Shown here: positions 1 to 10,196 of the stretch, one piece after another
How positions within the stretch are numbered: the stretch's first letter is position 1
How the letters are laid out: the number at the start of each line of letters is the position of its first letter
DNA from: Acutalibacteraceae bacterium
GTDB taxonomy: Bacteria > Bacillota > Clostridia > Oscillospirales > Acutalibacteraceae
Assembly: GCA_045649125.1 (NCBI GenBank)
Contig: JAZRPH010000042.1
Location: 48-64,047, forward strand
DNA: 64,000 bases
Direction: 5' to 3'
Notes under the pieces: model-generated
Database searches by the model: none
Told to the model about the DNA's origin: nothing
The model's input: only the letters and a program-made list of their open reading frames with translations
Position numbers and translations under genes: made by a program

Positions 1-124
1 CACTAGAAAAGCGATGTCAGTATGTTGCTTAAAATTTAATATTATCTACCATAGGGGTGTTTTTGTACTGTCCGCACAAATTGGGGCAGTCCAAGTTTTA
101 ACACTTGACAAGTAGGGGTTTTTA

Positions 125-1063
125 TCATTCAGAAAAAAGCAGGGTTGATAAATATCTGTCTCCCGTATCAGGAAGAAGTACAACTATGGTTTTACCTGCA
201 TTTTCTTCGCGTCTTGCAAGACACACTGCCGCGTACGCTGCAGCGCCTGAGGAAATGCCGACAAGCACACCCTCGCTTGTGCCGATAAGACGAGCGGTTT
301 CAAATGCTTGTTCGGTTGTAACAGTTATTACCTCGTCATAAATTTCGGTGTTAAGTACCTGCGGTATAAAACCCGCACCTATACCCTGCAGAGCGTGTGC
401 ACCCGCCTTACCGCCCGAAAGTACGGGAGAATCGGCAGGTTCAACAGCCACGATTTTAACATCTGGGTTTTTAGATTTTAAATATTCGCCAACTCCCGTA
501 ACGGTACCGCCAGTGCCGACGCCCGATACAAATATATCGACAGTGCCGTCGGTATCTGCAAAAATTTCAGGACCTGTTGTCTTTCGATGGGCTTGGGCAT
601 TAGCAGGATTTTCAAACTGACCTGCAACAAAACTATTGGGTATTTGTTTTGAAAGTTCATATGCTTTATTAATTGCACCCTTCATACCCAAACTGCCATC
701 GGTAAGCACAAGCTCGGCGCCGTATGCTTTTAAAAGGCGGCGACGTTCAACCGACATAGAATCGGGCATAACAATAATTGTTTTATATCCCCTTGCAGCC
801 GCAACCGACGCAAGACCGATTCCTGTATTGCCGCTTGTTGGCTCGATTATCACCGAATCAGGCTTTAAGGTGCCGTCAGCCTCAGCCGAGTTTATCATTT
901 CAAGAGCCACACGGTCCTTTACCGAACCTGCGGGATTTAAATATTCAAGCTTTGCAAGAAGGCAGACATTAAGTCCTAATTGCTTTTCAATATTAGCAAG
1001 GCGCAAAAGCGGAGTTTTACCGATAATTTGGTCGGCAGAATTGTAAATATTTATAACAATCAC
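125..1063 (-). CDS. cysK: cysteine synthase A (O-acetylserine sulfhydrylase)
   Basis: 312-aa ORF with PLP beta-synthase motifs GKTPLLRL, LNPAGSVKDR (PLP lysine), PTSGNTGIGLA and GVGTGGTVTGVG. Confidence 0.9.
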   Translation of the reverse strand: MIVINIYNSADQIIGKTPLLRLANIEKQLGLNVCLLAKLEYLNPAGSVKDRVALEMINSAEADGTLKPDSVIIEPTSGNTGIGLASVAAARGYKTIIVMPDSMSVERRRLLKAYGAELVLTDGSLGMKGAINKAYELSKQIPNSFVAGQFENPANAQAHRKTTGPEIFADTDGTVDIFVSGVGTGGTVTGVGEYLKSKNPDVKIVAVEPADSPVLSGGKAGAHALQGIGAGFIPQVLNTEIYDEVITVTTEQAFETARLIGTSEGVLVGISSGAAAYAAVCLARREENAGKTIVVLLPDTGDRYLSTLLFSE

Positions 1064-1130
1064 CCATCCTGAACATTATTTAAACTAAAGGCAATTAGAT
1101 TATAACATAAAATATTGAAAAAATCTATAA

Positions 1131-1162
1131 AAAACACTGCTTTATAAAAAAGCAGTGTTTTT
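1131..1162. terminator. intrinsic terminator downstream of mazF (usable in both directions)
   Basis: Stem AAAACACTGCTTT / AAAGCAGTGTTTT with a short loop, flanked by A and T runs. It starts 2 nt after the mazF stop. Confidence 0.7.
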
Positions 1163-1163
1163 C

Positions 1164-1520
1164 TTATCCAATTGCTCCTCCGAGGCCGAAGCTTACTGAA
1201 ATTGCCCTGTCTACCATATCCATTGAGGTACCGTCAATGCTGCCCATACGCTCCTTAAGGCGTCGCTTATCTATTGTTCTTACCTGTTCGAGCAGCACTA
1301 TGGAATCCTTTGCAAGACCGCAGCAATCGGCACTTAAATTTATATGTGTGGGAAGATTTGATTTGTCCTGCTGACTTGTAATCGCGGCTGCAATCACAGT
1401 AGGACTGTATTTATTCCCAATATCATTTTGCACTATAAGTACCGGTCTTACGCCGCCCTGCTCCGAACCGATAACAGGGCTTAAATCAGCATAATAGATG
1501 TCTCCTCGTTTGATATTCAT
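1164..1520 (-). CDS. mazF: EndoA/MazF (PemK family) mRNA interferase toxin
   Basis: 118 aa, collinear as I recall it with B. subtilis EndoA/NdoA: RGDIYYADLSPVIGSEQGGVRPVLIVQND...LPTH...LLEQVRTIDKRRL. GGAG RBS upstream of the ATG. Confidence 0.9.
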   Translation of the reverse strand: MNIKRGDIYYADLSPVIGSEQGGVRPVLIVQNDIGNKYSPTVIAAAITSQQDKSNLPTHINLSADCCGLAKDSIVLLEQVRTIDKRRLKERMGSIDGTSMDMVDRAISVSFGLGGAIG

Positions 1521-1572
1521 TATTGTTTCACACTCCGAATTGGTTAGGCTGAGTTTTAATGGTCAACCCTCT

Positions 1573-1609
1573 GTGATTATTTTTACCTGAAAAACCTGAA
1601 AATAATCAC
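1573..1609. repeat. perfect 11-bp inverted repeat in the uppP-mazF gap (possible operator or RNA hairpin)
   Basis: GTGATTATTTT-N15-AAAATAATCAC. No U-run follows on either strand, so it is not a canonical terminator. A TTGACC hexamer lies 6 nt downstream on the minus strand. Confidence 0.4.
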
Positions 1610-1662
1610 ATAAGAAAAAATCTTTCCCATACATTTTATGTGAAACTGTAATGCCGTGTGAA

Positions 1663-2565
1663 TTATGCCGATACGGCAAAATAGATAAGGACAAAAAATC
1701 CTAAAATTATACGGTAATATCCAAATGCTTTAAAATCGTGGCGCTTGATATATGACACCAAGAATTTTATTGCCAACACAGATACAATGAATGCCACAGC
1801 ACAACCGATAAGCAGTATCATTATTTCATAGGATGTAAAGCTGAAGCCGTCAATAAAGAATTTAAACAGCTTAATGGCGCTTGCGCCGAACATTGCAGGA
1901 ATTGACAGAAAGAATGAAAATTCAGCTGCTACCGTACGCGAGGTGCCAAGCAGTGACGCACCCAGTATTGTAGATCCGCTTCGGCTGGTACCGGGAACTA
2001 ATGCCAAGCACTGTATAAGACCTATTAAAAGCGCGGTTTTGTAGGACATTTTATCAAGGTCACCAATACGAACCGACTTATTCATATTCTCAATTATAAT
2101 AAACAGCACACCGTAAACAATAAGCGCCGCCGACACGATATATGCACGAAGGTCACCCGTTAGCATCGCGTCAATCTGGTCATCAAAAATAAGTCCTATC
2201 ACTGCGGCGGGTATACTTGCGATAAGAATTTTTACCCACAGTAAAATTTTATCCATATATATGTAGTTATTGCAAAAGCGCTTCATATTACCAATGCTAC
2301 CGTTTTGTGCCTTAAAAAACGGCTGGACCGCAGTGCTTTTCAGGTGAAATGGCCATATCTTGCTCCAAAACAGTATTACAACTGCCAAAATGGCGCCAAG
2401 CTGAATAACAACCAGGAAAATATCCATAAATTCGTCGCGGACATTAAGTTTCATCCACTCATCAACCAAAATCATATGACCGGTGCTGCTTATGGGAAGC
2501 CATTCGGTTATACCCTCAACAATGCCTAAGATAACCGTTTTTATTATCTCTAAAAATACTGTCAT
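1663..2565 (-). CDS. uppP: undecaprenyl-diphosphate phosphatase (BacA/UppP)
   Basis: Motifs GITEWLPISSTGHM and PGTSRSGSTI in a polytopic membrane protein. Start moved to the ATG at 2565 because the longer ORF runs through the glgA terminator hairpin. Confidence 0.85.
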   Translation of the reverse strand: MTVFLEIIKTVILGIVEGITEWLPISSTGHMILVDEWMKLNVRDEFMDIFLVVIQLGAILAVVILFWSKIWPFHLKSTAVQPFFKAQNGSIGNMKRFCNNYIYMDKILLWVKILIASIPAAVIGLIFDDQIDAMLTGDLRAYIVSAALIVYGVLFIIIENMNKSVRIGDLDKMSYKTALLIGLIQCLALVPGTSRSGSTILGASLLGTSRTVAAEFSFFLSIPAMFGASAIKLFKFFIDGFSFTSYEIMILLIGCAVAFIVSVLAIKFLVSYIKRHDFKAFGYYRIILGFFVLIYFAVSA

Positions 2566-2584
2566 AGTATACAACCCCATTAAA

Positions 2585-2611
2585 TTTGCAGGGTTATTAA
2601 AACCCTGCAAA
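2585..2611 (-). terminator. hairpin after glgA
   Basis: TTTGCAGGGTT-loop-AACCCTGCAAA, 10 nt downstream of the glgA stop, followed on the minus strand by TTTAAT. Confidence 0.55.
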
Positions 2612-2620
2612 TTTTAAAAT

Positions 2621-4042
2621 CTATTTACCTATAATTTCCTTATATAACCTTATATAAGCATTTGCGGAAGTGCGCCAACTGTTGTCATAACTCATACAAC
2701 GGCGGCGAAGAATATCCCATCCTTTTGTATCATTGTATCCTGCAAGGGCGCGCCATACAGCCTCCTGCATTTCGTGGGCGTTAAAGTTGGCAAAGGTAAA
2801 GCCGTTGCCCTCACCGCTTTGGCTGTCGGTAATGGTATCGTTAAGTCCGCCTGTTTCACGGACTATCGGCACGGTACCATAACGCAGTGCAACCATCTGC
2901 GCAAGACCGCAGGGCTCACTTTTACTGGGCATAAGGAACATATCAGCACCCGCATAAATACGGTGCGCAAGTTGCGCATCAAATCCAAGCTTTAGTGCGA
3001 CTTTATCGGGATATTTGGCTGCCATATCATAAAAGAAGGTTTCAAACTCCCACTCGCCCGAGCCGAGAATAACAAACTGCAAATCCGCCCTTAAAAGTTC
3101 TTCAAACACATGTTTGACAAGGTCAAGTCCTTTATGTTTTACAAGACGGGTTACCATACCAATCAGCGGCGCCTCTTTACGCTGGGGCAGTCCCATCTGT
3201 TTTTGAAGCTGCGCCTTATTGTAAGCCTTTGCGTCCAAACTGTCGGCGGTAAAGTTTTTGAAAATCAGCGGGTCGGTTTCAGGATTGTAGACATCACAGT
3301 CAATACCGTTTACAATACCCGTAAGCTTGTATGTGAATTCCTTAAGAATCGCATCTAATCCGTGTGAATAATAGGGCTGTAATATCTCGCGCGAATATGT
3401 CGGAGATACGGTAGTCACCTTATCAGAACACTGTATTGCACCCTTCATAAGATTAACACAACCGTCATATTCAATCAGGCTTTCCCTGCCCTCAGGCAGA
3501 CCTAACACATCGCCGTAAAGCTCCATACCGTATTTGCCCTGATACTGTATATTATGAATTGTATAAACAGTTTTAATATTTTGGTACAGCGGGTCGTGTT
3601 TATAATATTCATTAAGATATATCGGCACCATAGCAGTTTGCCAGTCGTTACAGTGTATAATATCAGGTGTAAAGTCAATATACGGGATTATTTCAAGCAC
3701 CGCACGGGAGAAAAAGGCAAATCGCTCGGCATCGTCATAATGCCCGTAAAGCATATCGCGCTTAAAATAATATTCGTTATCAATAAGATAATAAATCACA
3801 CCGTCAACATGCGCTTCAAACACACCGCAATACTGTCGGCGCCATGAAACAGGAACGGTTATATTACAAAGAAAGGTCATCTTTTCCCGTAATTCCTGAC
3901 CTATACTGCCGTAAAGCGGCATAACCACTCTGCATCCTATAAAACGGCGGCGCAACGCCTTGGGTAAGGCGCCTGAAACATCCGCAAGACCGCCCGACAT
4001 TGCAAATGGATACGCTTCGCTGGTAGCGAACAAAACTTTCAT
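2621..4042 (-). CDS. glgA: glycogen synthase (ADP-glucose type)
   Basis: Starts MKVLFATSEAYPFAMSGGLADV. Has the C-terminal SKSEPCGLAQM motif. GGAGAAGG RBS before the ATG at 4042. Last gene of the glg operon. Confidence 0.92.
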   Translation of the reverse strand: MKVLFATSEAYPFAMSGGLADVSGALPKALRRRFIGCRVVMPLYGSIGQELREKMTFLCNITVPVSWRRQYCGVFEAHVDGVIYYLIDNEYYFKRDMLYGHYDDAERFAFFSRAVLEIIPYIDFTPDIIHCNDWQTAMVPIYLNEYYKHDPLYQNIKTVYTIHNIQYQGKYGMELYGDVLGLPEGRESLIEYDGCVNLMKGAIQCSDKVTTVSPTYSREILQPYYSHGLDAILKEFTYKLTGIVNGIDCDVYNPETDPLIFKNFTADSLDAKAYNKAQLQKQMGLPQRKEAPLIGMVTRLVKHKGLDLVKHVFEELLRADLQFVILGSGEWEFETFFYDMAAKYPDKVALKLGFDAQLAHRIYAGADMFLMPSKSEPCGLAQMVALRYGTVPIVRETGGLNDTITDSQSGEGNGFTFANFNAHEMQEAVWRALAGYNDTKGWDILRRRCMSYDNSWRTSANAYIRLYKEIIGK

Positions 4043-4052
4043 AATCCTTCTC

Positions 4053-5171
4053 CTATAATATCTGGTTTTTGGCAACTAAAAACGCCTTTTCATCGGTGCC
4101 CTTTATTACCATTCCGTCACCTATTATGGCATTTTTATCAGAAACAACTTTATCAAGAACGGCATCCTTACCTATGCTTACGCCCTGCATTATAATAGAG
4201 TTTTCAACAACAGCACCCTTTTCAACCTTAACACCGCGGAAAAGAATACTGTTTTTAACCGTACCGTCAATGACGCAGCCCTCCGCAATAAAGGAGTTTT
4301 TAACCTGTGATTTTGTGCCATAACGAGTTGGCATATCGTCACGGGTTTTTGTGTAAATGGGGCGCTCACTGTTAAATAAATCACGGCGCACCTCGGCATC
4401 AAGCAACCGCATATTTGTTTTTATATAGGTCTTAGGACAGTCCATAACTGCGGCAAAATCCGTATGAATATATGCTATTACCTTAAGCTCATCAAGATGC
4501 TCGGCAATTATATCCTTACAGATGCTGTTGCCGCCGCTTTCATAAGATTCCTGAACGAGTTCAATCAGCATATCGCGTTTAAATACAAATATGCCCAGCG
4601 TACGCATTTCTTCGGCAGGAATTGCCCACGGGAATTCGGTTGATTTAACATTGTTTTCACCGTCAAGGGTTACTATCATAGTATCATCACCGTTTTGCAG
4701 CGGCGCACCCTTGTGGCACACAGCCGTAACATCGGCACCCTGTGAAATATGCTGTTTTATAACCTTATCAACATCAACATTCGCAACTACACGGGAATCG
4801 CAAATGACGATATGCTCTGCACCGCATTTATGAATGAAATCCATAGAGTTATAAAGTGCCTCAACAAAGCCCTGATACTGTCTGGTTCCGCTAATGTTAA
4901 ATGGCGGCAGAATACGCACACCGCCGCTTTTGCGGTCAAGGTCCCAATGCACACCGCTTCCGATGTGGTCCATAAGTGAGCGGTATTTTTCTTTTGTAAT
5001 AATACCTATATTTGTAATATTGGCATTCACAAGATTAGAAAGGCTAAAATCGATAAGGCGGTATCTGCCGCCGAAAGGAACGGAGGCAATAGAGCGCTTT
5101 TCCGTAAGCCTTACAAGGCTTTCATCATAAGCATTTGCAAATATTATGCCTGCTACTGTGGTAGATCTCAT
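4053..5171 (-). CDS. glgD: glucose-1-phosphate adenylyltransferase, GlgD (regulatory) subunit
   Basis: GlgC-like nucleotidyltransferase plus left-handed beta-helix, but the N-terminal GGxGxRL signature is degenerate ([10 protein letters not shown]). It sits between glgC and glgA as in Bacillus, and its start overlaps the glgC stop by 4 nt. Confidence 0.85.
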   Translation of the reverse strand: MRSTTVAGIIFANAYDESLVRLTEKRSIASVPFGGRYRLIDFSLSNLVNANITNIGIITKEKYRSLMDHIGSGVHWDLDRKSGGVRILPPFNISGTRQYQGFVEALYNSMDFIHKCGAEHIVICDSRVVANVDVDKVIKQHISQGADVTAVCHKGAPLQNGDDTMIVTLDGENNVKSTEFPWAIPAEEMRTLGIFVFKRDMLIELVQESYESGGNSICKDIIAEHLDELKVIAYIHTDFAAVMDCPKTYIKTNMRLLDAEVRRDLFNSERPIYTKTRDDMPTRYGTKSQVKNSFIAEGCVIDGTVKNSILFRGVKVEKGAVVENSIIMQGVSIGKDAVLDKVVSDKNAIIGDGMVIKGTDEKAFLVAKNQIL

Positions 5172-6391
5172 ATCACTTCCTCCTCTGCTACATCTTTTGT
5201 TATCATCTGCTTAGCGCCGACTTTGGCGCCCTTGCCAACGGTAATGCCGTCACCGATTACTGTTATTCCGAATTCATCTGCGGCAACGCCTTGCGGGTCA
5301 ATACCTACCACAGCATCCTCACAGATGACGGAGTTTTCGGCGACTATGGAATACTTAACCTTTGCGCCCTTTTTGATTACAGCACCAGGCATTACAAGTG
5401 AGTATTCAACACTCGCACCATCCTCAACCGTGACATTTTCAAACAAAATTGAATAGTCAAGACTGCCGTACACCTCACAGCCGTCTGTGATAAGCGAATG
5501 CTCAACATTTGCACTGTCCGAAATATACTGCGGTGGAAGCGCTACCGTGCGTGAGTAGATGCGCCAGTCACTGTCGGCGAGGTTAAGATCAATTTTGGGG
5601 TTAAGCAGGTCAAGATTTGCCTCCCAAAGAGAGTCGACTGTACCGACATCCTTCCAATAATCGTCAAAACGATATACCATCATAAGCTCGTTATTGCTTA
5701 ACATCATAGGTATAATGTTTTTACCGAAATCGTTGTCAGAATCGGGATTTTTCTCGTCTTCGGTAAGATATTTTCTTAATTTATCCCACGAAAATACATA
5801 AATACCCATCGAAGCAAGCTGGCTTTTAGGATTCTTTGGTTTTTCCTCGAACTCGTATATACTTCCGTCGGGATTGGTATTCATTATACCGAAACGCGTG
5901 GCCTCCTCCAAAGAAACCTCTAGCACCGATATTGTACAGGCGGCACCCGTTTCCTTATGCTGCTCAATCATCTTGGAATAGTCCATTTTATAGATATGGT
6001 CACCCGAAAGGATAAGAACATACTCAGGATTATAGCGCTCGATAAATTCAAGATTTTGATATATGGCATTTGCTGTGCCTTTATACCAGTCGCCGCCCTT
6101 TTGTCCCTGATACGGCGGTAAAATATGGACACCACCGTTTTGTCGGTCAAGGTCCCACGGTTTGCCCGAACCGACATAATCATTAAGCTCAAGCGGTTTA
6201 TACTGGGTTAAAATACCTACCGTATCAATACCAGAATTGATGCAGTTAGATAGCGGAAAGTCAATTATTCTGTACTTGCCGCCGTAAGGAACTGCCGGTT
6301 TGGCAATTTTTCCTGTAAGGACACCCAGTCTGCTACCCTGCCCGCCTGCAAGGAGCATTGCAACGCATTTTTTCTTAATCACAAAAAACAT
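5168..6391 (-). CDS. glgC: glucose-1-phosphate adenylyltransferase
   Basis: [14 protein letters not shown] and [24 protein letters not shown]. Start is ambiguous: ATG at 6391, or GTG at 6382 with better spacing from the GGGAG RBS. The 6412 start has no RBS. Confidence 0.9.
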   Translation of the reverse strand: MFFVIKKKCVAMLLAGGQGSRLGVLTGKIAKPAVPYGGKYRIIDFPLSNCINSGIDTVGILTQYKPLELNDYVGSGKPWDLDRQNGGVHILPPYQGQKGGDWYKGTANAIYQNLEFIERYNPEYVLILSGDHIYKMDYSKMIEQHKETGAACTISVLEVSLEEATRFGIMNTNPDGSIYEFEEKPKNPKSQLASMGIYVFSWDKLRKYLTEDEKNPDSDNDFGKNIIPMMLSNNELMMVYRFDDYWKDVGTVDSLWEANLDLLNPKIDLNLADSDWRIYSRTVALPPQYISDSANVEHSLITDGCEVYGSLDYSILFENVTVEDGASVEYSLVMPGAVIKKGAKVKYSIVAENSVICEDAVVGIDPQGVAADEFGITVIGDGITVGKGAKVGAKQMITKDVAEEEVI

Positions 6392-6420
6392 CTCCCGTTT
6401 TTTTATTATCATATATTTTA

Positions 6421-8304
6421 TCAGTTTGCTTTTTTGGATTTTTTACCGCGTTTTTTAGGAACTTTATAATATGTTACTGAAAGCGCGGGTATGTCAATAG
6501 AAATAGAGTTCTCATAGCCATGCATTGATATAGCTTCACTGCAGTAAGCGTCAGCCAATCCGCCTTTGCCGCCGTATTTCGCATCACTGGTAGTGAAAAT
6601 CGGCTTGTAATTACCCGCATTCGGTACACCGATACGGTAATCCTTTCTGTCAACAGGGACAAAATTACAAACCGCTATAATTTGGTCACCTGCGGCATTT
6701 TTACGGCAAAAAGCAATGATGCTTTGCGAATTATCGTCACTTGAAATCCAATTAAAGCCTTCCCAAGAAAAATCTATCTCCCAGAACTCACTGTGTTTAA
6801 GATAGAATTTATTAAGGTCGCGCACAAAATTCTGCATACTGCGATGCGCGTCATAGTCCAGAAGCAACCAGTCAAGCTCACTGTCATACTTCCATTCAAT
6901 AAACTGGGCAAATTCCTGTCCCATAAAAAGCAGTTTTTTGCCAGGATGCGCCATCATATATGCATAAAAGGCACGGAGATTACTGAATTTATCATCATAT
7001 TCACCCGGCATTTTATTTATAAGCGAACATTTTCCGTGTACAACCTCATCGTGTGAAAGAGGCAGCACAAAATTTTCAGAAAACGCATAGAAAAATGAAA
7101 AGGTGAGGCAGTCATGATTGTGTTTTCGGAACAAGGGGTCAAGCGACATATATCTTAGCATATCGTTCATCCAGCCCATATTCCATTTGAAATTAAACCC
7201 TAATCCGCCGTCTGATGCAGGGCGCGTAACCATAGGCCAGGCAGTTGATTCCTCGGCAATCATTAAAACGTTGGGATTAACATCAAATGCCGCAGCATTA
7301 AGTTGTCTTAACAGTTCAATCGCTTCAAGGTTTTCCCGTCCGCCGTAGGAATTAGGCAGCCAATCGCCACCGCCCCTGCCGTAGTCAAGATACAGCATTG
7401 AAGCCACAGCGTCAACGCGCAGACCGTCTATATGAAATTCCTTTAACCAGTAAACTGCGCTGGAAATAAGAAAACTCATTACCTCGGGCTTGCCGTAATC
7501 AAATACACAGGTGCCCCATTCCTTATGCTCACCCTTACGGCTGTCCTCATACTCATAACAACAGGTGCCGTCAAAACGGTAAAGTCCAAACTCGTCCTTA
7601 GGGAAGTGTGCCGGAACCCAGTCAAGAATTATGCCTATTCCTGCGTTGTGCAAAATATCAACAAATTTTTTGAAATCGTCAGGCGTACCAAAGCGCGAAG
7701 TGGGGGCAAAATATCCCGTTACCTGATAGCCCCAAGAGCCCTCAAAGGGATGCTCGGTTACGGGCATAAGTTCAACATGGGTATAGCCCATCTTTTTTAC
7801 ATATTTTGAAAGTTCATTAGCGGCGGTTACATAATCGTATGTATTGCCGTCTTTAAATCGACGCCACGAGCCCAAATGCACTTCGTAAATATTTACGGGT
7901 GAATTATATACATTACTTTCACGCTGTGCGTTGCACCATTCCCCGTCACTCCACTTAAAATCGGTATTGGCATATATTTTAGATGCATTTGAAGGCGAGG
8001 TTTCATAGTGCCGTGCATACGGGTCGCTTTTAAGAACTACGGCGCCGTCGGCAGATTTTATGGCATACTTATAATTATCGAAATTTTTAAGTCCGTCAAT
8101 CTTAGTTTCCCAAATACCGCCGCCCACCGAAAGCATAGGGTTTGCATCGTATGACCAGTCGTTAAAATCACCCACAACGCCCACTGCACAGGCATTTGGC
8201 GCCCATACGCGAAAGGTGGCTGTATTACCGTCAAGAAAGGACCCCAGATATTTATAAGCATCACGCTTAATTGAAGAGTTAAATGTGCTAAAAAATTCCT
8301 GCAT
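6421..8304 (-). CDS. glgB: 1,4-alpha-glucan branching enzyme (GH13)
   Basis: 627 aa with GH13 regions [29 protein letters not shown] and [10 protein letters not shown]. Confidence 0.92.
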   Translation of the reverse strand: MQEFFSTFNSSIKRDAYKYLGSFLDGNTATFRVWAPNACAVGVVGDFNDWSYDANPMLSVGGGIWETKIDGLKNFDNYKYAIKSADGAVVLKSDPYARHYETSPSNASKIYANTDFKWSDGEWCNAQRESNVYNSPVNIYEVHLGSWRRFKDGNTYDYVTAANELSKYVKKMGYTHVELMPVTEHPFEGSWGYQVTGYFAPTSRFGTPDDFKKFVDILHNAGIGIILDWVPAHFPKDEFGLYRFDGTCCYEYEDSRKGEHKEWGTCVFDYGKPEVMSFLISSAVYWLKEFHIDGLRVDAVASMLYLDYGRGGGDWLPNSYGGRENLEAIELLRQLNAAAFDVNPNVLMIAEESTAWPMVTRPASDGGLGFNFKWNMGWMNDMLRYMSLDPLFRKHNHDCLTFSFFYAFSENFVLPLSHDEVVHGKCSLINKMPGEYDDKFSNLRAFYAYMMAHPGKKLLFMGQEFAQFIEWKYDSELDWLLLDYDAHRSMQNFVRDLNKFYLKHSEFWEIDFSWEGFNWISSDDNSQSIIAFCRKNAAGDQIIAVCNFVPVDRKDYRIGVPNAGNYKPIFTTSDAKYGGKGGLADAYCSEAISMHGYENSISIDIPALSVTYYKVPKKRGKKSKKAN

Positions 8305-8446
8305 TTATGACTTCCTCTCTTAATATTTCTCTTATATTATAACAGAAATATTATGCATTTGCAATGCACTTTTGGTAAAAATCCGAAACTAAACGAGAAA
8401 ATTTTCGACACAATTTGTTTAAATTGCACAAAATTCTACCGTTTTT

Positions 8447-8719
8447 TTAACGCAGCGTGGACTTTTTTATACCAATAACAGCAGGGTCGGTGTTCACAAG
8501 CACCGTTTCTCCACCGATTACGGATATATCCTCCCAAGGAATTATTATATCCTCTTCCCTGCCGAAAAGTCCAAAAAATCGCAGACGCCCAAAAATAATA
8601 ACGGCGGTAAGTCTTCCGCTGTCGGTATCAAGCTCTACATCGGAAATAAAACCCAGAACACAGCCGTCTTTCACACAAACCACCTGTTTATTACGCAAAT
8701 CATCAATTCTGCAGGACAT
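8447..8719 (-). CDS. YlmC/YmxH-family sporulation protein (PRC-barrel)
   Basis: About 90 aa starting MSCRIDDLRNKQVVCVKDGCVLGFISDVELDTDSGRLTAVII. GGGGTGA RBS. The longer ORF to 8788 overlaps the upstream terminator. Confidence 0.7.
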   Translation of the reverse strand: MSCRIDDLRNKQVVCVKDGCVLGFISDVELDTDSGRLTAVIIFGRLRFFGLFGREEDIIIPWEDISVIGGETVLVNTDPAVIGIKKSTLR

Positions 8720-8770
8720 ACATATCACCCCGATAATATATATGATGATACCGCCTATATAATGCATAGG

Positions 8771-8803
8771 AAAGCGCCGCGAAGACACACTTCGCGGCGC
8801 TTT
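8771..8803 (-). terminator. GC-rich terminator hairpin after the 8819..10042 gene
   Basis: AAAGCGCCGCGAAG-loop-CTTCGCGGCGCTTT, 15 nt downstream of the stop. Confidence 0.7.
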
Positions 8804-8818
8804 ATAAACGATTATTGG

Positions 8819-10042
8819 TTAACGCTGTTTACTATTTTTGTTGTTAATAGCATCATCAATTCCCTGCAGATAAAAGTCATTTGATTGCTCAACCATAGAC
8901 ACATCCGGCATATCATAATCATCGTAGTTGCGGTGTGTCATTTTGACTATCATCAGCACAATTAACGTGATGATTGTCAGTACAGCAAATATCATTATAA
9001 AAATAATAATTTTACCTATTGTAGGCATTAATATAAAACGGTCAATTATACTTATGTTTTCTGTATCAGTCTCAACCGGAAGTGTAGCAAGATAAAAGTC
9101 AACTGCGCGTTGCAGTGTGCCTTCAACGGTATCATAACGGTAAAATGCGGTCTGTCCGTCAACATAGCAGTTAAGGATATAAAAATCTGAAAGTTCCGAA
9201 TTTACCGACTGATATGCGTTAACAGTCCCTGATGGAAGATTATATGTAGTATCAAAATATCCTGTAGGAGAAACAGGCAAACTGCTATTTTCTACAATAT
9301 AAAGTTTACCTGCGACAGAAATACAAGGAACCTGAGTAAAGATACCATTTTCATCACACGTATAATAAGCGCCGTTCTCACCGTTTGCATCGGTAAGCCA
9401 ATATAGCTGATACTTACCTGCCGCATCGGAAACAGTAGCAATTTCCGTATCATTCCTTAATGCTGTGGTAGCAATAAATCCTGTAGGAGGTGTAATTACG
9501 GTTGCATCATTTACAATATAGTGGTCAACGCCATCTATCGCAACAAGCAGTTCATCAGCACCGGTCTGTTCATCAACTGCCATTTGCTCCTCTGTATTTG
9601 TTGTGGAGTTTGATGCCACAACGGGTATATTTGCAGATGCGGCTGCCCTTGATTCGCCCTCTCCGTTACCTAATGCAGATACAGAAATATTAGCCTTGCC
9701 CACCGCGATTGCGGTGAAATTGAGCGTATAGGAAGATTTTTTCGAGGGATTTTCCGCCGAAAAATCATCATCCGTAACCTTAATTGTGCCGTTGCCGCCA
9801 CTATAATCCGCTCCTGAAACGCCGTTTAATTCCAATATGTCTGAGTCGTATTCTACATCAACCTCAACTTTGTTAAGGTTAGTATCCGCACTAAATCTAA
9901 TGGTTATTTTTACTTCCTGTCCCACCGCATATTCGCCGCCGCTTATTGTAACTGATGCTGCTGACACAGAAAAAGCAAACAACGAAAAAGCCAGGGATAT
10001 AACAATAATCGCAGAAAAGAAAGTCTTAAATATTTGCTTCAC
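8819..10042 (-). CDS. surface protein: signal peptide, cohesin-like beta-sandwich, C-terminal TM anchor
   Basis: GTG start at 10042 with a GGGGTG RBS gives MKQIFKTFFSAIIVISLAFSLFAFSVSAAS. The segment VTISGGEYAVGQEVKITIRFSADTNLNKVEVDVEYDSDILELNGVSG has a cohesin-like pattern. Hydrophobic helix IGKIIIFIMIFAVLTIITLIVLMIV lies near the C-terminus. Confidence 0.45.
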   Translation of the reverse strand: MKQIFKTFFSAIIVISLAFSLFAFSVSAASVTISGGEYAVGQEVKITIRFSADTNLNKVEVDVEYDSDILELNGVSGADYSGGNGTIKVTDDDFSAENPSKKSSYTLNFTAIAVGKANISVSALGNGEGESRAAASANIPVVASNSTTNTEEQMAVDEQTGADELLVAIDGVDHYIVNDATVITPPTGFIATTALRNDTEIATVSDAAGKYQLYWLTDANGENGAYYTCDENGIFTQVPCISVAGKLYIVENSSLPVSPTGYFDTTYNLPSGTVNAYQSVNSELSDFYILNCYVDGQTAFYRYDTVEGTLQRAVDFYLATLPVETDTENISIIDRFILMPTIGKIIIFIMIFAVLTIITLIVLMIVKMTHRNYDDYDMPDVSMVEQSNDFYLQGIDDAINNKNSKQR

Positions 10043-10150
10043 AAAAACACCCCAATTAACTAATTTTTTCACCTTAACATACATTTTAACAAATTTCGAC
10101 AAATATATTATATTGCGGAAAACAAGTTATGTCAATCTAAATTTAAAAAC

Positions 10151-10189
10151 AAAAAACGCAGTGACAACCTTTTAATCACTGCGTTTTTT
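10151..10189. terminator. bidirectional intrinsic terminator
   Basis: AACGCAGTGA-loop-TCACTGCGTT flanked by A6 and T6 runs, 8 nt after the stop of the 10197..11396 gene. Confidence 0.75.
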
Positions 10190-10196
10190 ACATATA

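Noticed and set aside
1-124. GTGCGGACAG on the minus strand (about 80..89) and nearby GGGGCAGTCC/GGGGTGTT motifs, considered as a possible group II intron 5' end or IS terminus.
   Set aside because: There is only a 5-nt match to the GUGCG consensus. No domain V/VI, RT or transposase sequence is in view, and the window edge prevents evaluation.
1521-1662. 23-codon and 15-codon minus-strand ORFs upstream of mazF as possible antitoxins.
   Set aside because: They have no RBS and no RHH/AbrB-like pattern, and the sequence is hydrophobic and aromatic-rich. They are kept only as a remote possibility within the orphan-toxin finding.
2621-8304. Absence of glgP from the glgBCDA operon as an anomaly.
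   Set aside because: Operon composition varies among Firmicutes, and a phosphorylase may be encoded elsewhere. This cannot be assessed from one window.
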